Below, piece by piece: positions 12,491-23,262 of a DNA stretch of 26,481 nt. Location of the stretch: contig CAJNYD010000503.1 of NCBI GenBank assembly GCA_905331295.1, forward strand, positions 62,001-88,481, written 5' to 3'. The first letter of the stretch is position 1. The number at the start of each line of letters is the position of its first letter. The translations under genes and the position numbers were made by a program. A model generated the notes under the pieces. It did not search any database. It was not told the DNA's origin and saw nothing but the letters and a program-made list of their open reading frames with translations. This DNA is from Rotaria socialis. Its lineage: Eukaryota.

Positions 12491-13878
12491 GCTCTATTAA
12501 TCTATCGAACCACAGCAAATGTGTGTCAATCTCGCACTTGCTGCCTCTAAAAACGAAGAAAAGTAAAGATAAGAACGAATGACTTGCAAAATTAGTTAAA
12601 ATGTGTTCATAAATAGTGGGTAAAATGGGCGAGTTTTTTGGGCTGAGCAAAATGATACGTAAAAACGTAAAAGAAAAATAAAGAATCAAATGCAATTGTT
12701 CAAATAAAAATTCATAAGAATCAGTTCTCAGTAGGGGTGTTACTTTATATTTACTTTACTTTTTAAAGATAAATAAAACCTTTATATTTAAAAAATAAAG
12801 ATAAATGAAATCTTTATCTTTATAAAATAAAGAAAAATAAAAAGTAGCTTTATCTTTATTTAATAACAATAAAATAAAAAATAAAGAAAAATATTTTTCC
12901 TTAAAAACCTAAAATTTCGTCTTCTCCCGATAGCTCGAAGAAAATTAAGAAGTTCAAAGCTAACAAATTTTGAACACTAGATTTTTTTCCATAAATGATT
13001 TATGCCTCACCCTCATTTGCTAGTATTATTTCATACTGCAATGTCAGTGATGATAAGCAAGAACTACAATCAATGTTTTCTGTTGTTATACAAATTATTC
13101 ATCTATTTACCAGTGACTGTAGAAAATCTTTCATTTTTCTTTATTTTAACTTTCTTTTTACAAATAAAGATTATCTTTATCTTTATTTTATAAATATAAA
13201 GATTTCATTTATCTTTATTTTTTAAAGAATAAGGATTTCATAAATTCTTTATTTTTTATTTTATAAATATAAAGGTTTTATTTATCTTTATTCTTTAATA
13301 CAAGTAACGCGTCGGCTTCATGAGCCTCGCTTAACTCAATCCTGAAAGTGCACGATAGAGGCAATATGATCATACTCTAAAAAACAAAATGATACCGTAG
13401 ATGGTAGCAGTATAACTAGGATTTGAGGCTCGGATTAGAGTTGCCCGTACGCTTTCTAAAGATACACAAATGTAGCGTTATTTTTGTGGAACTCACATAT
13501 CTTTCGACAAAAATAGTGAGTGTGGGTTTGATGTCGAGGTTTTCTGACCACCCGCCCACGCCCTACACATTCCACGTTCAAATTGAATAAGAATCAGCTT
13601 AATGATTCCGATCTCACCCTTTGTAAAAAAATAACTCCTGCATATGCTGGTAAAACCACGAATTAGGCAAACCGAATCAGCTCCGCGCCATTCGAGTACC
13701 GCACTCTTTCCATTAGAAAAAATCCCTACTGTAGCCTTCTTACTCCAAGTTTTTCAAAACATTAAGTGGATACAGTTTCAACAAAATCACATTCCCTTAT
13801 GGCATTACATGTCATGTTAATCGATCTATAACGTATATGTACTGCCATCAAGATCACATAGCATACGGGAACGGTACC

Positions 13879-14081
13879 ATTTTCGCGTCACGAAGATATC
13901 AAATAATTTTAGAACTCCTTACGAGGGATTCTTTAGAATATGTTCTTCAAATCGTTTGGGAGCGAAAACTATCTATATANATTTTCGCGTCACGAAGATA
14001 TCAAATAATTTTAGAACTCTTTACGAGGGATTCTTTAGAATATGTTCTTCAAATCGTTTGGGAGCGAAAACTATCTATATA
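13879..14081. repeat. 101-bp direct duplication flanking a single N (probable assembly join artefact)
   Basis: 13879-13979 and 13981-14081 are identical except one C/T and are separated by the N at 13980. Confidence 0.85.
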
Positions 14082-14424
14082 ATACCACCACTTTTTAGAA
14101 AGAACTTCTGTCTGTCACAGATATAAATGAAATTTTAATGATCTGATCGCTCTACTGAGTCGATTCATAATCAACTCGAGGCTTTTCGTAAAAAAAGTAG
14201 ACCTACAGATCAGACGAGAATCTACGAAAAAATATGTTTGAATAACATTTTTTATTGGGACTGTCACGACGTGGTTCATTAGAAATGGCTATAGTCGCGA
14301 TGTCATCCTTTTCTCAGGAAAAAAACGTATTACAATCAATTTTTATGCGTCGTTCATTTCCCACCCAATAAATCTTAAGTAGTGAAATTTGACCTTGTTA
14401 TTTTCGAGTAAAATTTAAGACAAT

Positions 14425-15075
14425 GTGACAAGAACTCTTATGATCTGTTTGAAAAATAAATCACCAGAACATTGTTTCGATGAAAACATTACGAACAAAT
14501 ATATGGAGTACAAAATAGCTCTGAACAAAACGACGCAGTCACACTTGCACCGCTCAGCGGAAGCAGTAGTGATAGAGATTTCTGATAACATTCACCAACT
14601 AAAGCAAATCATTTGCACTTGGACCGATCTTGGGTATCTAACAAAAGATTTAAAAGCTGTTTCTTACAGAGGTGATATACGAATATTCTGGACTAATAAT
14701 TCCCTGTTCAATATAAGAAGCAAGGATATAATTTGTCTGACCGAAAAAAGGTTGTCGTTTAATCGACTAATCTCGGAAGCCAACCTTATTTTGACCTTCG
14801 GTCGAAAAACAATATCGAATATTGAGCCAGATGAAGCTAAACATCACACTCGCCCTGCCCATGACTACTCCGAGATTGAAAAAACAATCCAATTTTGCGT
14901 GAGTACTAAAACCTTCTTAAGACGGCCTTACTCCACTACAGTTCACCTCATGGTTACACCACTACTAGATCAAGCGATCTTTTTTTCGCATTCTTTTTAC
15001 CGCAGTCAGGCACTCGATAAAACAATCAAAAAATTTCCTCGCAACGATGTAAAAATGCTTTTCATTCGAAGTTAA
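14425..15075 (+). other. 216-codon open frame of unknown nature inside the Helentron-like element
   Basis: Stop-free for 651 nt in AT-rich DNA, starting at GTG, with no recognisable motif. Confidence 0.2.
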
Positions 15076-15822
15076 GAAAGCCGCTCCTCGTCGGTCGGCG
15101 GCGCCCCTTTGGGGCGCCACTCCCGACTCGTCGCTTCTGTGTGCCCTCCTTCCATTTTTGGGGAAAAGCTCACTGAGCCTGTTAAAGCAGTTTCTCACGT
15201 CGAATTGCGATCAAAACATAGTGTTTCGGCGTTAATTACAGTTTATGTGCCTGCTTTATAAAAATACTCTGCAAAGGTAGTAACCACAGGTGCAAAGAAA
15301 GGTTATTCCGCTCACTTTCTACATTCGATCACATCTGAATGAGCCTCCTTCTGCAAAATATAAAGTTTCTTGATAAACATCTGTCGCAATGCCTTTTTGG
15401 CACTCGACCAGTTCTCGATCGTGAGAGCACACTGCTTTCTGAAAGATTGTATAGACAAACTGAACATACAACCAATTTAATGTTGGTGACCGTATTTTTC
15501 AGAAAAGCGACAAAGAAGAAACGAATCTCATTAGCGGAATAAAACCAAGAACGCAAGTCAAGGTCCACAAAAATCTGAGAAAAGTATCTCATGCGTGGCA
15601 GAAAAATCGGGAATCAATCGTAATCTTGATCCAAACCTTTGCAACGAAAAATAATACGTGGAACCGTATTCATTACGTATAAAGACCTACACTCTGAAAA
15701 CAGCGTTTCAAGCTATTTAGAAAGAAAGTCAATTTCAAACTTCGCTTTCCTTAACATCTTTCAGTGAGCTTTCGTTCTAAACTTCTCATCAATTGGTCAC
15801 TCAGACAGAAACGAAAGTTTTA

Positions 15823-16029
15823 AGGCTAATGGGGCTCACACTCGAACCCCCAATACTGAACTACATACGGGGTGCCATTTTCTGAGAAACTCGATTTCTA
15901 TTGGTTCCCTGGCCCACCAATAGGGTTGCGAGGCCAATGGGGCTCATATTCGAACTCCCCACCCCGAAATACCTACTGGGAGCCCTTTTCCAGAAAACTC
16001 GATTTCTATTGGTTCCCGGACCCACCAAT
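15823..16029. repeat. Two diverged tandem units, period 108 bp
   Basis: AGGC(T/C)AATGGGGCTCA at 15823 and 15931. Both units share AAACTCGATTTCTATTGGTTCCC and end in CCCACCAAT. Confidence 0.85.
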
Positions 16030-16904
16030 CAGACACCGGACAAACAGAAGAATTTCCGTTGTGAAGACTCATCCTTTCAGGATTGAGAATAAAGATCAAT
16101 AAAGATAAAGTAACACCCCTAGTTCTCAGGGCGCTCCGTCCAAAACTGCCAACTAGACATTGGAATCTCAGTACAATGCTGGGACGCTTACAGCAATTCT
16201 TCTAGGTATCTATTTTTCTATTTTTTCTTCTTTGCGTTAGGTTTTAATTGTTTTCTATCTATTGAATGTACTTGAATGATTCCAAAATGGCTTCAAAATC
16301 GTAAATATCGGAAGAATCAAAACTTTTTCAAATATTTTTTTTTATAGATGACAACTAATATATAAATTCTATGAATTACGCATTTGCGTCATGTTCCAAG
16401 GAAGAACTTAAAAATAAGATTAATATCGATTCAAACGCCATTATTTTTATTTAATTAATATCTGGGTTGTAGTCTTACATTTTTGATTTTTTTCTCATTT
16501 GATGATTTTTTTTTCTAGTTTGTTTTATCGAATGAATTTAACTGATGCATCAAAACTGATGAAACTTCAGTAACTGATTAGAAAAATTTTAAAAATTTCA
16601 AGTGAGAGAAAATATAAAATTTAAAACAAAAGAAAACAAAATAGAAATAGTGTCATTTCAATTGATTGCAGTCCAACGGAAGAAGAATCGATTTTAATAT
16701 ACGTAGTATTGTAATTTCTACCTCAACTATTACAATTATTCATTATCAGCTATAGAGCTATACATTTTATTCATTTTAAGATCAGTGGATATGAAAATAT
16801 GGTAATGTGGATGCTCGCTTATATTCTTGTTCACACTACATATGTCATTAGTCAATGAAACCAATGGACACTCAGAAAAATTATTAATGAAAACCTAATG
16901 TGAA

Positions 16905-16997
16905 TTTGTACTTTGTACTTAAATACGGTTTACTCAGGTAAATTGTACTAAGTATATTTGTACCTGTACTTCGTGTACTTATAATGGTCCAATCACT
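16905..16997. repeat. Truncated GTACTT-repeat MITE end related to the 17290 element
   Basis: Cluster of TGTACTT motifs ending in ...CAATCACTG, a CAGTG-type terminus. The partner end was not found. Confidence 0.35.
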
Positions 16998-17289
16998 GCT
17001 GCCGACTGTACCTTATTTAAAAATTTTAAGTAAAGCGTTATAAATTATTCTTTTAATAAAAGAATGAAATGAATTCTATTGCAAAGTACACAGTGAATCC
17101 TTCGATTTCGGCGATCTTGAACCACTATCATTTGCGGAAAAGCCTATAACAATCGCAATAATTGATAGCTAAACACGAAAGATAATCAAAAATTACGGAA
17201 ATGATTACTACTAAACTGATGCCCTCTGCAAAAATATTAATGTTCATACTTGGATAAAGCGAACCCTGATTGCTGCAATATCTCACAAC

Positions 17290-17579
17290 CAGAGCTAGGG
17301 CGAGTACAAGTACAGCAAGTAAAAGAACTTTACTTGTACTTAATAAAATGGACTTCTACTTTTACTCGTCGTTTCACAAGTATACTTGCTCCTGTACTTG
17401 TACTTAGAAAAAAAAATACTTGCTACTTGTACTTACCTTTCAAGTAAAAGTACAAGTACAAGTACTCATCAGGTATACTCGGTACTTGTAACTGTAATTT
17501 CAAAAAGGTACTTGCTACTTGTACTTTTACTTGGAACAGTACAAAAAGTACTAATGCAAATACTTTCGCCCGAACTCTG
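17290..17579. mobile_element. hAT-type MITE (290 bp) filled with AAGTAC/GTACTT repeats
   Basis: Imperfect TIRs CAGAGCTAGGGCGA / reverse complement CAGAGTTCGGGCGA. Perfect 8-bp TSD CTCACAAC at 17282-17289 and 17580-17587. Confidence 0.9.
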
Positions 17580-18417
17580 CTCACAACCCTTGAAGAGTCA
17601 GAAAGAAAATAGGTAGAAAATGATACAATTACCTCGTCCATGATTGGATAGAAAAAATGTGACAGTTTTACCTGACTCGATATTCAAATCATGCATCTAG
17701 GCATTATGGACAGTGATATATAATCCTAGACACATGATATAATCCTCCTTTAATGGTTTCATAAACGGAGTTCGCATCCAATTTCTTACAGTGGCGATAT
17801 TTTACACTATAAAGTCGTATTTCTGTGTGTGCAGTACGAATTCATGGATTAGAATGAAATATGATCATGCATACGCAGCATCTGTCATGTGAATACGACT
17901 AAATGTGGCTATTACGAAGAACGTAAGTGTCAATAAGAGAAAAACAGTATTTTACAGATTGTTTACCACCATAAGCGTTATATAACACGTCACGCATGAA
18001 TATAGCCAGATACTAAAAGCTTTTAAGAGCTAGAATGTGTTTGCTTTCTAATTTACGTTGACTCAAAATAAAAATAATGTTGAAAACATGGATGCAAAAA
18101 AAGCGGTTCAGTCTCATTTCAGATACTTTGTTTGTTTATTAGGCAAATCATTTTTGTGCTAGGTTTTATTGCTATCAATATCAACAGATAGATAACAAAT
18201 TTTCTGTTTTCTGTTTCTCATTGTGTCACTAGAAACTAATGAAAATTAAGAGCATAATAAAAGAAAATGTGAATATATGGTTCATGTTAAATGTATTGTA
18301 CTCTTGGGCTCTCATTGTAATCCAAAAGTGCGCAAAACTCATGGAATCCGCGAAGTAATCAGTGTCGGAATCCGACTAGTGACTAGCTGGATACACTTTC
18401 ACATGTGAGTGCTCAAC

Positions 18418-18820
18418 TAGGGGTGGCACTTTAAACTCAAAATTAAAGTGCCATACTTTAAACTTTAAAGTTAACGTTAAAGTATTCCTACTTTAACTTT
18501 GAATTACAGTGAAGTGAAAATAAGGGCATTTTAGACTTTAACTTTAATAACAGTTAAAGTTTAAAGTGTATTTTTCAAAAACTCGTTGCTCCGAAAAAGA
18601 TTATTTTTGCCATAAAAGAACAATGTTCATATAGAAAAAGCTAGTTTTTAATAAAAAAAATATTTTTTGATGGAAGAAATACTTTTTTTTACGGGAAAAT
18701 AAAATTTTTATGAAAAATTTACTTTAACTTAAACGAAATGTAAAGCTAAAGTGTAAAGTATGGAATGCTTTAACTTTAACTACTTTCTTAAAGTATTTTA
18801 AAGTTAAAGTGCCACCCTTA
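18418..18820. mobile_element. hAT-type MITE (~400 bp) with ACTTTAA/TTAAAGT subterminal repeats
   Basis: TIR TAGGGGTGGCACTTTAA / reverse complement TAAGGGTGGCACTTTAA. Flanks TGCTCAAC and GTCAAC are read as a degenerate TSD. Confidence 0.85.
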
Positions 18821-20600
18821 GTCAACATATGACTTTAAATGAATTCAAGCAAATAAAAGACGATGTTGGTCACTTGATGCCAATAAACAGTTTTCTATCC
18901 ACGACGAAATGCCGCAATCTAGCAGAAATATGGGCCGGCGATGGTGAAGATCGACCAAAATTGGAATCAGTTATATTCGAGATCATCATTGATGAATCTG
19001 AATTTGGAGATATATCGATAGTCTTCGCAGACATTATTGCGGAGAACATCTTCGAAGCAGAAAAAGAAGTATTACTAGCCATGGGCACAACGTTGTATAT
19101 TGAATCGGTGGAACCTGAAGGCAATGTTTGGAAAATCTGTTTTTGCGCATGTCCATTTGAAGATAGAGTATATCGAAAATTAAAAACTTGGTTCACAAAA
19201 TACAATGAATCATTAATATTCAATGAGAACATGCCGCGGCCAATGATTGAACAAGCACTTCTCAGTATGGGTGAAATCGAAAAAGCACAAAAAATGACTC
19301 AACAGATCGAGCGATTTAAAGATCCGATAGCTAATAGTATGGATACAATACTCAGATCAGGCATAAAACTCCAGAAACCAGAATCAGACAGTACTGAATC
19401 TAATGAGCGGATTAGACTATGGGAAAATTTATCTAAAATGAAAGAATCTTTCAAAGCAGTCTAACCATTGATGGGCTTTAATGATAGTTTCTATCTAAAT
19501 AGGTTGCAGATAGCAGAGAAAATGATTGATTTCAGTATGGAAATGGTTTTGACATCACATTCAAATATCTCCACTTTTCTAAGATTTGTGATGCCTTATT
19601 TGGTTAAAGAGAACCAAAACCAAGGGCAATTTTTAGAGAACGATAGAATGCTTTATAATGATTCATCAGGGTGTCCCATGGGGGCGATTAGTATTCCGAG
19701 TCGAGAAAATGAGCCACTTGCATTACCAAATTTTGAATAAATATAGTCATTGATCGATCAATTTTTTATTAAGAAGAATCCATGGCACAATAATATACTA
19801 CGGGGAATCGCTTGGACAGCTGCGCAGGAAAACGATAATGACACAGCTATTCTATGTTTACAAGAGGCTCTCTTGCGTTCATGTGACGATGATCTACGTG
19901 CGACAATATGCATACAACTAGCTCTTATCTATATAAAGCAAAAGAACTGGCGAGGAGTTTTCGAAACTTGTGACAAAATTTTTAATATCCCAAAAGTATC
20001 GGAAAAATCACCCATGCTTCTTTCGGTACATGACATTTCTGCAAGTCTAATCAGCAGTTTAAAGATAATTGCAATGCATTGGTACACTATAAAAGAGCAG
20101 TAGAACTTCGTTGTCAGCACCATTCATCTCATGATTCTAATCTCACTGTAGACAAAATGCGGATTACATTAATTTTCTTAGAATTGAAAGATATGGATGC
20201 TGCTTTCAAGGTTTTTGGTGAAGTTATTGAACTTGACCATTCTAAAGATACAATAGTCGCTTATGAATGTATGGGCTTGATCTACCTCTTGAGAGGAGAT
20301 TATGATATGGCACATTATTATTTTACACAAAGCCTCGAGATGGCACAACATGAGGTTTCTCCAGATATCGGTTTAATTATAAAAAAAACCATCTAAATTT
20401 TGCCAGGGTCGAATATATTTTGAAACATTTCGACGAAGCAGATGCTCATATGAACGCAGCTGTAGCCATGTCTACTAATTGTTAATGTACCCAGCGAATG
20501 AAAAAAGGAACTCGAACTACACTTGATGCATTACGCAGCCTTGATATGCGCAGACATATGACAAAAAATCAGAGAGAAATTCGCGACCGGAAACATTTTT
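18821..20600 (+). pseudogene. NAD:arginine-type (R-S-E) ADP-ribosyltransferase domain + TPR repeat protein, disrupted
   Basis: 'INSFLSTT' (STS motif) and 'FEAEKEVLL' (ExE motif), followed by TPR-like helices ('AYECMGLIYLLRGDYDMAHYYFTQSLEM'). In-frame stops at 19462-19464 and 19738-19740, frameshifts near 20050-20080 and at the A-run ~20385. The 5' part is cut off by the MITE. Confidence 0.8.
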
Positions 20601-21642
20601 CGTAATTGTGACTAATGTTTTCCATTAAAGTTTGAAATAATATCCTCAATAAACGTCAATCATATGCACAAATACTATTTCTCACGACAACATGCACAGA
20701 CGAAGTGTCATATCTCATTTCAAAAAGTATATGTTTTTGTCATTACTCTAGTAGAAAGTTGAAATCCATCCTCACCCGCACCCCCAAACTCTCCAATTAG
20801 TGATGTATAATACCTAGTTCAGGAAAAGGAGGGACAAGGGTGTGAGTGTGGATATTCGTGAATGAGAGAACAATTACCAACATCCCATTCTATCTAAAGA
20901 AAATATAACCACTGATTAAAAAAGTCATTTCATTTGAAAAGCAAAGACATCATGATCATTAATATTCCGGTAAAAATTTCAAATCATACAAAACACGACG
21001 TCAACCATAATAGAAATACAGGAAGCTTATAAAATTCATTTATTAAACAATATAACAATCATGGATTATTATTTACACACTCATACTTACTTTTCGCCCT
21101 TGTCAACATTAATGACTACGTTATATTTATCATATAAATATTATTGTATTCTATTGTAATTCGAATGTTTTTCAAAATTCTACCAATTATAATTCAATAG
21201 ACATAGTATTTAACAAAATCCACATGATGACGTTCTGGGAAAACAGAAGCAACTGTTGTCGTGGAGTAGCTATTTCCTCCTACTCATGCCCGCTCATCCC
21301 CTGGATGATCGTCTTCAGATTTCTTTCTTAGAAAATGGAATCTTATTAGTCGCTAGTAGTTTTACTGATAGTCAGACTCGAAATAGTATTGAACATTAGG
21401 ATCCATCTCTGACACAACACTGATGAACAACGAATTCCATATTGACGGTGCCATCCTATATTTTATCTGTGAAATCACAATACTCCTATTCTGATACAAC
21501 GACTTGGAATCTTTCAATGAAAGTGAGAGTAATCATGGGTAGATATGTATGTGAATAGAAGCATACAAGACAATAGAAAAAAACGCTTGATTCGCTTGCG
21601 TCTAGTTGAAGAGAATAGTCTATCTAGTTTTCCATTGACTTA

Positions 21643-23262
21643 TTATTTCTCTCGATATACGAAAGAACTATTTGTGACAGCGTATCGATCCCAAAACTGT
21701 GAACAGCGAAGATCATAGTAATCACTTCGCATTTTTGAAGTGATGTCAAGAACAAAGTCATCATCGGACGAGCTTGAATAAATATTCCAATTTGTCAGTT
21801 CACTACCATCGTTAGGATTTGATGTGTGGATGAAATTAGCCCAATAACGCATCATATTCGTCGATAATTGCTTCTCAAATTCAGTCAATCTGTAGCCAGG
21901 AAACAAAAATACTAGAAGATCTGGGAAGAGCATGACAAGTTCAACAGCATGGGCCACACCTAAACACGTAGCTGTCACAGGTATGAGATGATTGTACGTA
22001 TAGAGGTAGGCGGACAACCCATAATCAGAAAATTTAGAAGCCAGACGTCTGGATCCGCAGTGTGCCCATGCGTCGGTGTAGGCGATGTTCAGATAGGTCA
22101 GCGGATTTTGATAAGCTGAAATCGGACCATAAATGGTAGTAATTTCATTGACAATAGTGGCATTGTAAATAATGTTGAAGAACGCTTGAACTTGTGCAAC
22201 ACTGGCCTTTTCTTTAAAATACGGACAGGTAAATGCAGATGTCTCATTAGTAGTAGAACCTACCAAGACGGGAACTCGTTGAAAATCTCCTCTGGCATAG
22301 TAATTTTCCATGATATCATTGAGAACGTAACCATCGATTACTGGATTGGCGGCTACTCCGAAGATATTTTTCGATGCAATGGTAGCTTGAACTTTGAGAA
22401 TGTCCTGTGTCGCGAGATCACGCAAGCACTGCACCATCGTACAATTGGAATCGGCCCGCAAAACTTTACCCGTAGAATTGATGGCAGTTTCCATGTTGCT
22501 AACAGCATTTGGCCATATAGTACCACTCTCGATAATAGCTCTCTGGAAAGTACCACTAGTTACCAAGGGTGATGTGAGTAGAACGGTGACACTCACACCT
22601 CCAGCACTCTCACCACCAATAGTAATTTGGGTTGGATCACCATTGAAACCAGCAATGTTTTCTTTGATCCAGTCTAATGCCATGATCTGATCTAAGATGC
22701 CATAGTTACCAGTGGTACTTCTGTTTTTATTGCCTGATCTTTCGTCATATAATCCTTCATCAGCCAAGAAACCGAGTAAACCTAGTCGATAGTTGATTGT
22801 CACGACCACAACAGGAACAGCATTGATGACGCTTGTGCTAACCAACGGATTTGCACCATATAGAATACCTGCTCCCGTTGTAAAGCTACCTCCATGGATC
22901 CATACATACACAGGTAAATTACTTGCATTTGCAGGACTATACACATTCAAAGTGAGACAAGATTCTATCATCGGGAAAATATAGGTATTCGTTTGAGGAC
23001 AAACGTTGGGAGAATATGCATACTTGGTACCATTGGACGTCTCAAGAGGCTGAGGAGGCTTCCATCTCAAATTACCGATCGGCTGCTGCGCATACGGTAT
23101 GCCATACCAATAGTTGATATCCGTGCCGTTTACTGTTGTTTGAAGACCAACGTAAACGCCTTGCTGCGTTTGAGCGGTAGGCGAAGTATTGCTCGCTACA
23201 ATGGCAGGAACATTATATGAAATGGACAAGAATACTAATGTAAGAGTTGCAGTGACGATCAT
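21643..23262 (-). CDS. Type-B carboxylesterase (alpha/beta hydrolase, 539 aa), secreted, intronless
   Basis: Hydrophobic N-terminus, 'GIPYAQQPIGNLRWKPP', 'ESCLTLNVY', oxyanion 'WIHGGSF', 'NYRLGLLGF', 'GNYGILDQ', nucleophile 'GESAG', acid 'TTNET', 'AHAVEL' His, 'YWANFIHTSNPN'. Confidence 0.95.
   Translation of the reverse strand: MIVTATLTLVFLSISYNVPAIVASNTSPTAQTQQGVYVGLQTTVNGTDINYWYGIPYAQQPIGNLRWKPPQPLETSNGTKYAYSPNVCPQTNTYIFPMIESCLTLNVYSPANASNLPVYVWIHGGSFTTGAGILYGANPLVSTSVINAVPVVVVTINYRLGLLGFLADEGLYDERSGNKNRSTTGNYGILDQIMALDWIKENIAGFNGDPTQITIGGESAGGVSVTVLLTSPLVTSGTFQRAIIESGTIWPNAVSNMETAINSTGKVLRADSNCTMVQCLRDLATQDILKVQATIASKNIFGVAANPVIDGYVLNDIMENYYARGDFQRVPVLVGSTTNETSAFTCPYFKEKASVAQVQAFFNIIYNATIVNEITTIYGPISAYQNPLTYLNIAYTDAWAHCGSRRLASKFSDYGLSAYLYTYNHLIPVTATCLGVAHAVELVMLFPDLLVFLFPGYRLTEFEKQLSTNMMRYWANFIHTSNPNDGSELTNWNIYSSSSDDDFVLDITSKMRSDYYDLRCSQFWDRYAVTNSSFVYREK

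Larger units (their letters stand above)
13300..16087 (-). mobile_element. DINE-1/HINE-like non-autonomous Helentron-type element nested in the hAT MITE
   Basis: 14-bp subterminal inverted repeat CTCAATCCTGAAAG (13335-13348) / CTTTCAGGATTGAG (16074-16087). On the minus strand the 5' copy follows TT and is part of a hairpin (CTCAATCCTGAAAGGATGAG). The 3' copy is followed by a GC stem-loop (13309-13330) and a CTTGT end. No TSD. 108-bp tandem repeats lie near the 5' end. Confidence 0.7.
12732..16121. mobile_element. hAT-type MITE (~600 bp once its 2.8-kb nested insertion is removed)
   Basis: Perfect 17-bp TIR TAGGGGTGTTACTTTAT (12732-12748) / ATAAAGTAACACCCCTA (16105-16121). Perfect 8-bp TSD GTTCTCAG at 12724-12731 and 16122-16129. 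Subterminal AAAGATAAA/TTTATCTTT repeat arrays at 12750-12890, 13130-13295 and 16088-16110. Confidence 0.92.

Noticed and set aside
13879..14081. 101-bp tandem duplication and the 81-aa repeated ORF 13837-14082
   Set aside because: The copies abut a single N and differ at one base, which is typical of an unmerged contig overlap or heterozygous bubble rather than biology.
13331..16091. piggyBac interpretation of the 14-bp inverted repeat (TTAA on the left)
   Set aside because: The right flank is AATA, not TTAA. The left repeat has an additional stem-loop and ACAAG end outside it, which fits the Helentron/DINE architecture better.
17250..17641. ORFs rich in YLYL/STST/VLVL
   Set aside because: They are translations of the GTACTT repeats of the MITE.
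22186..23220. Several plus-strand ORFs of 63-128 aa
   Set aside because: They are antisense shadows of the carboxylesterase CDS.
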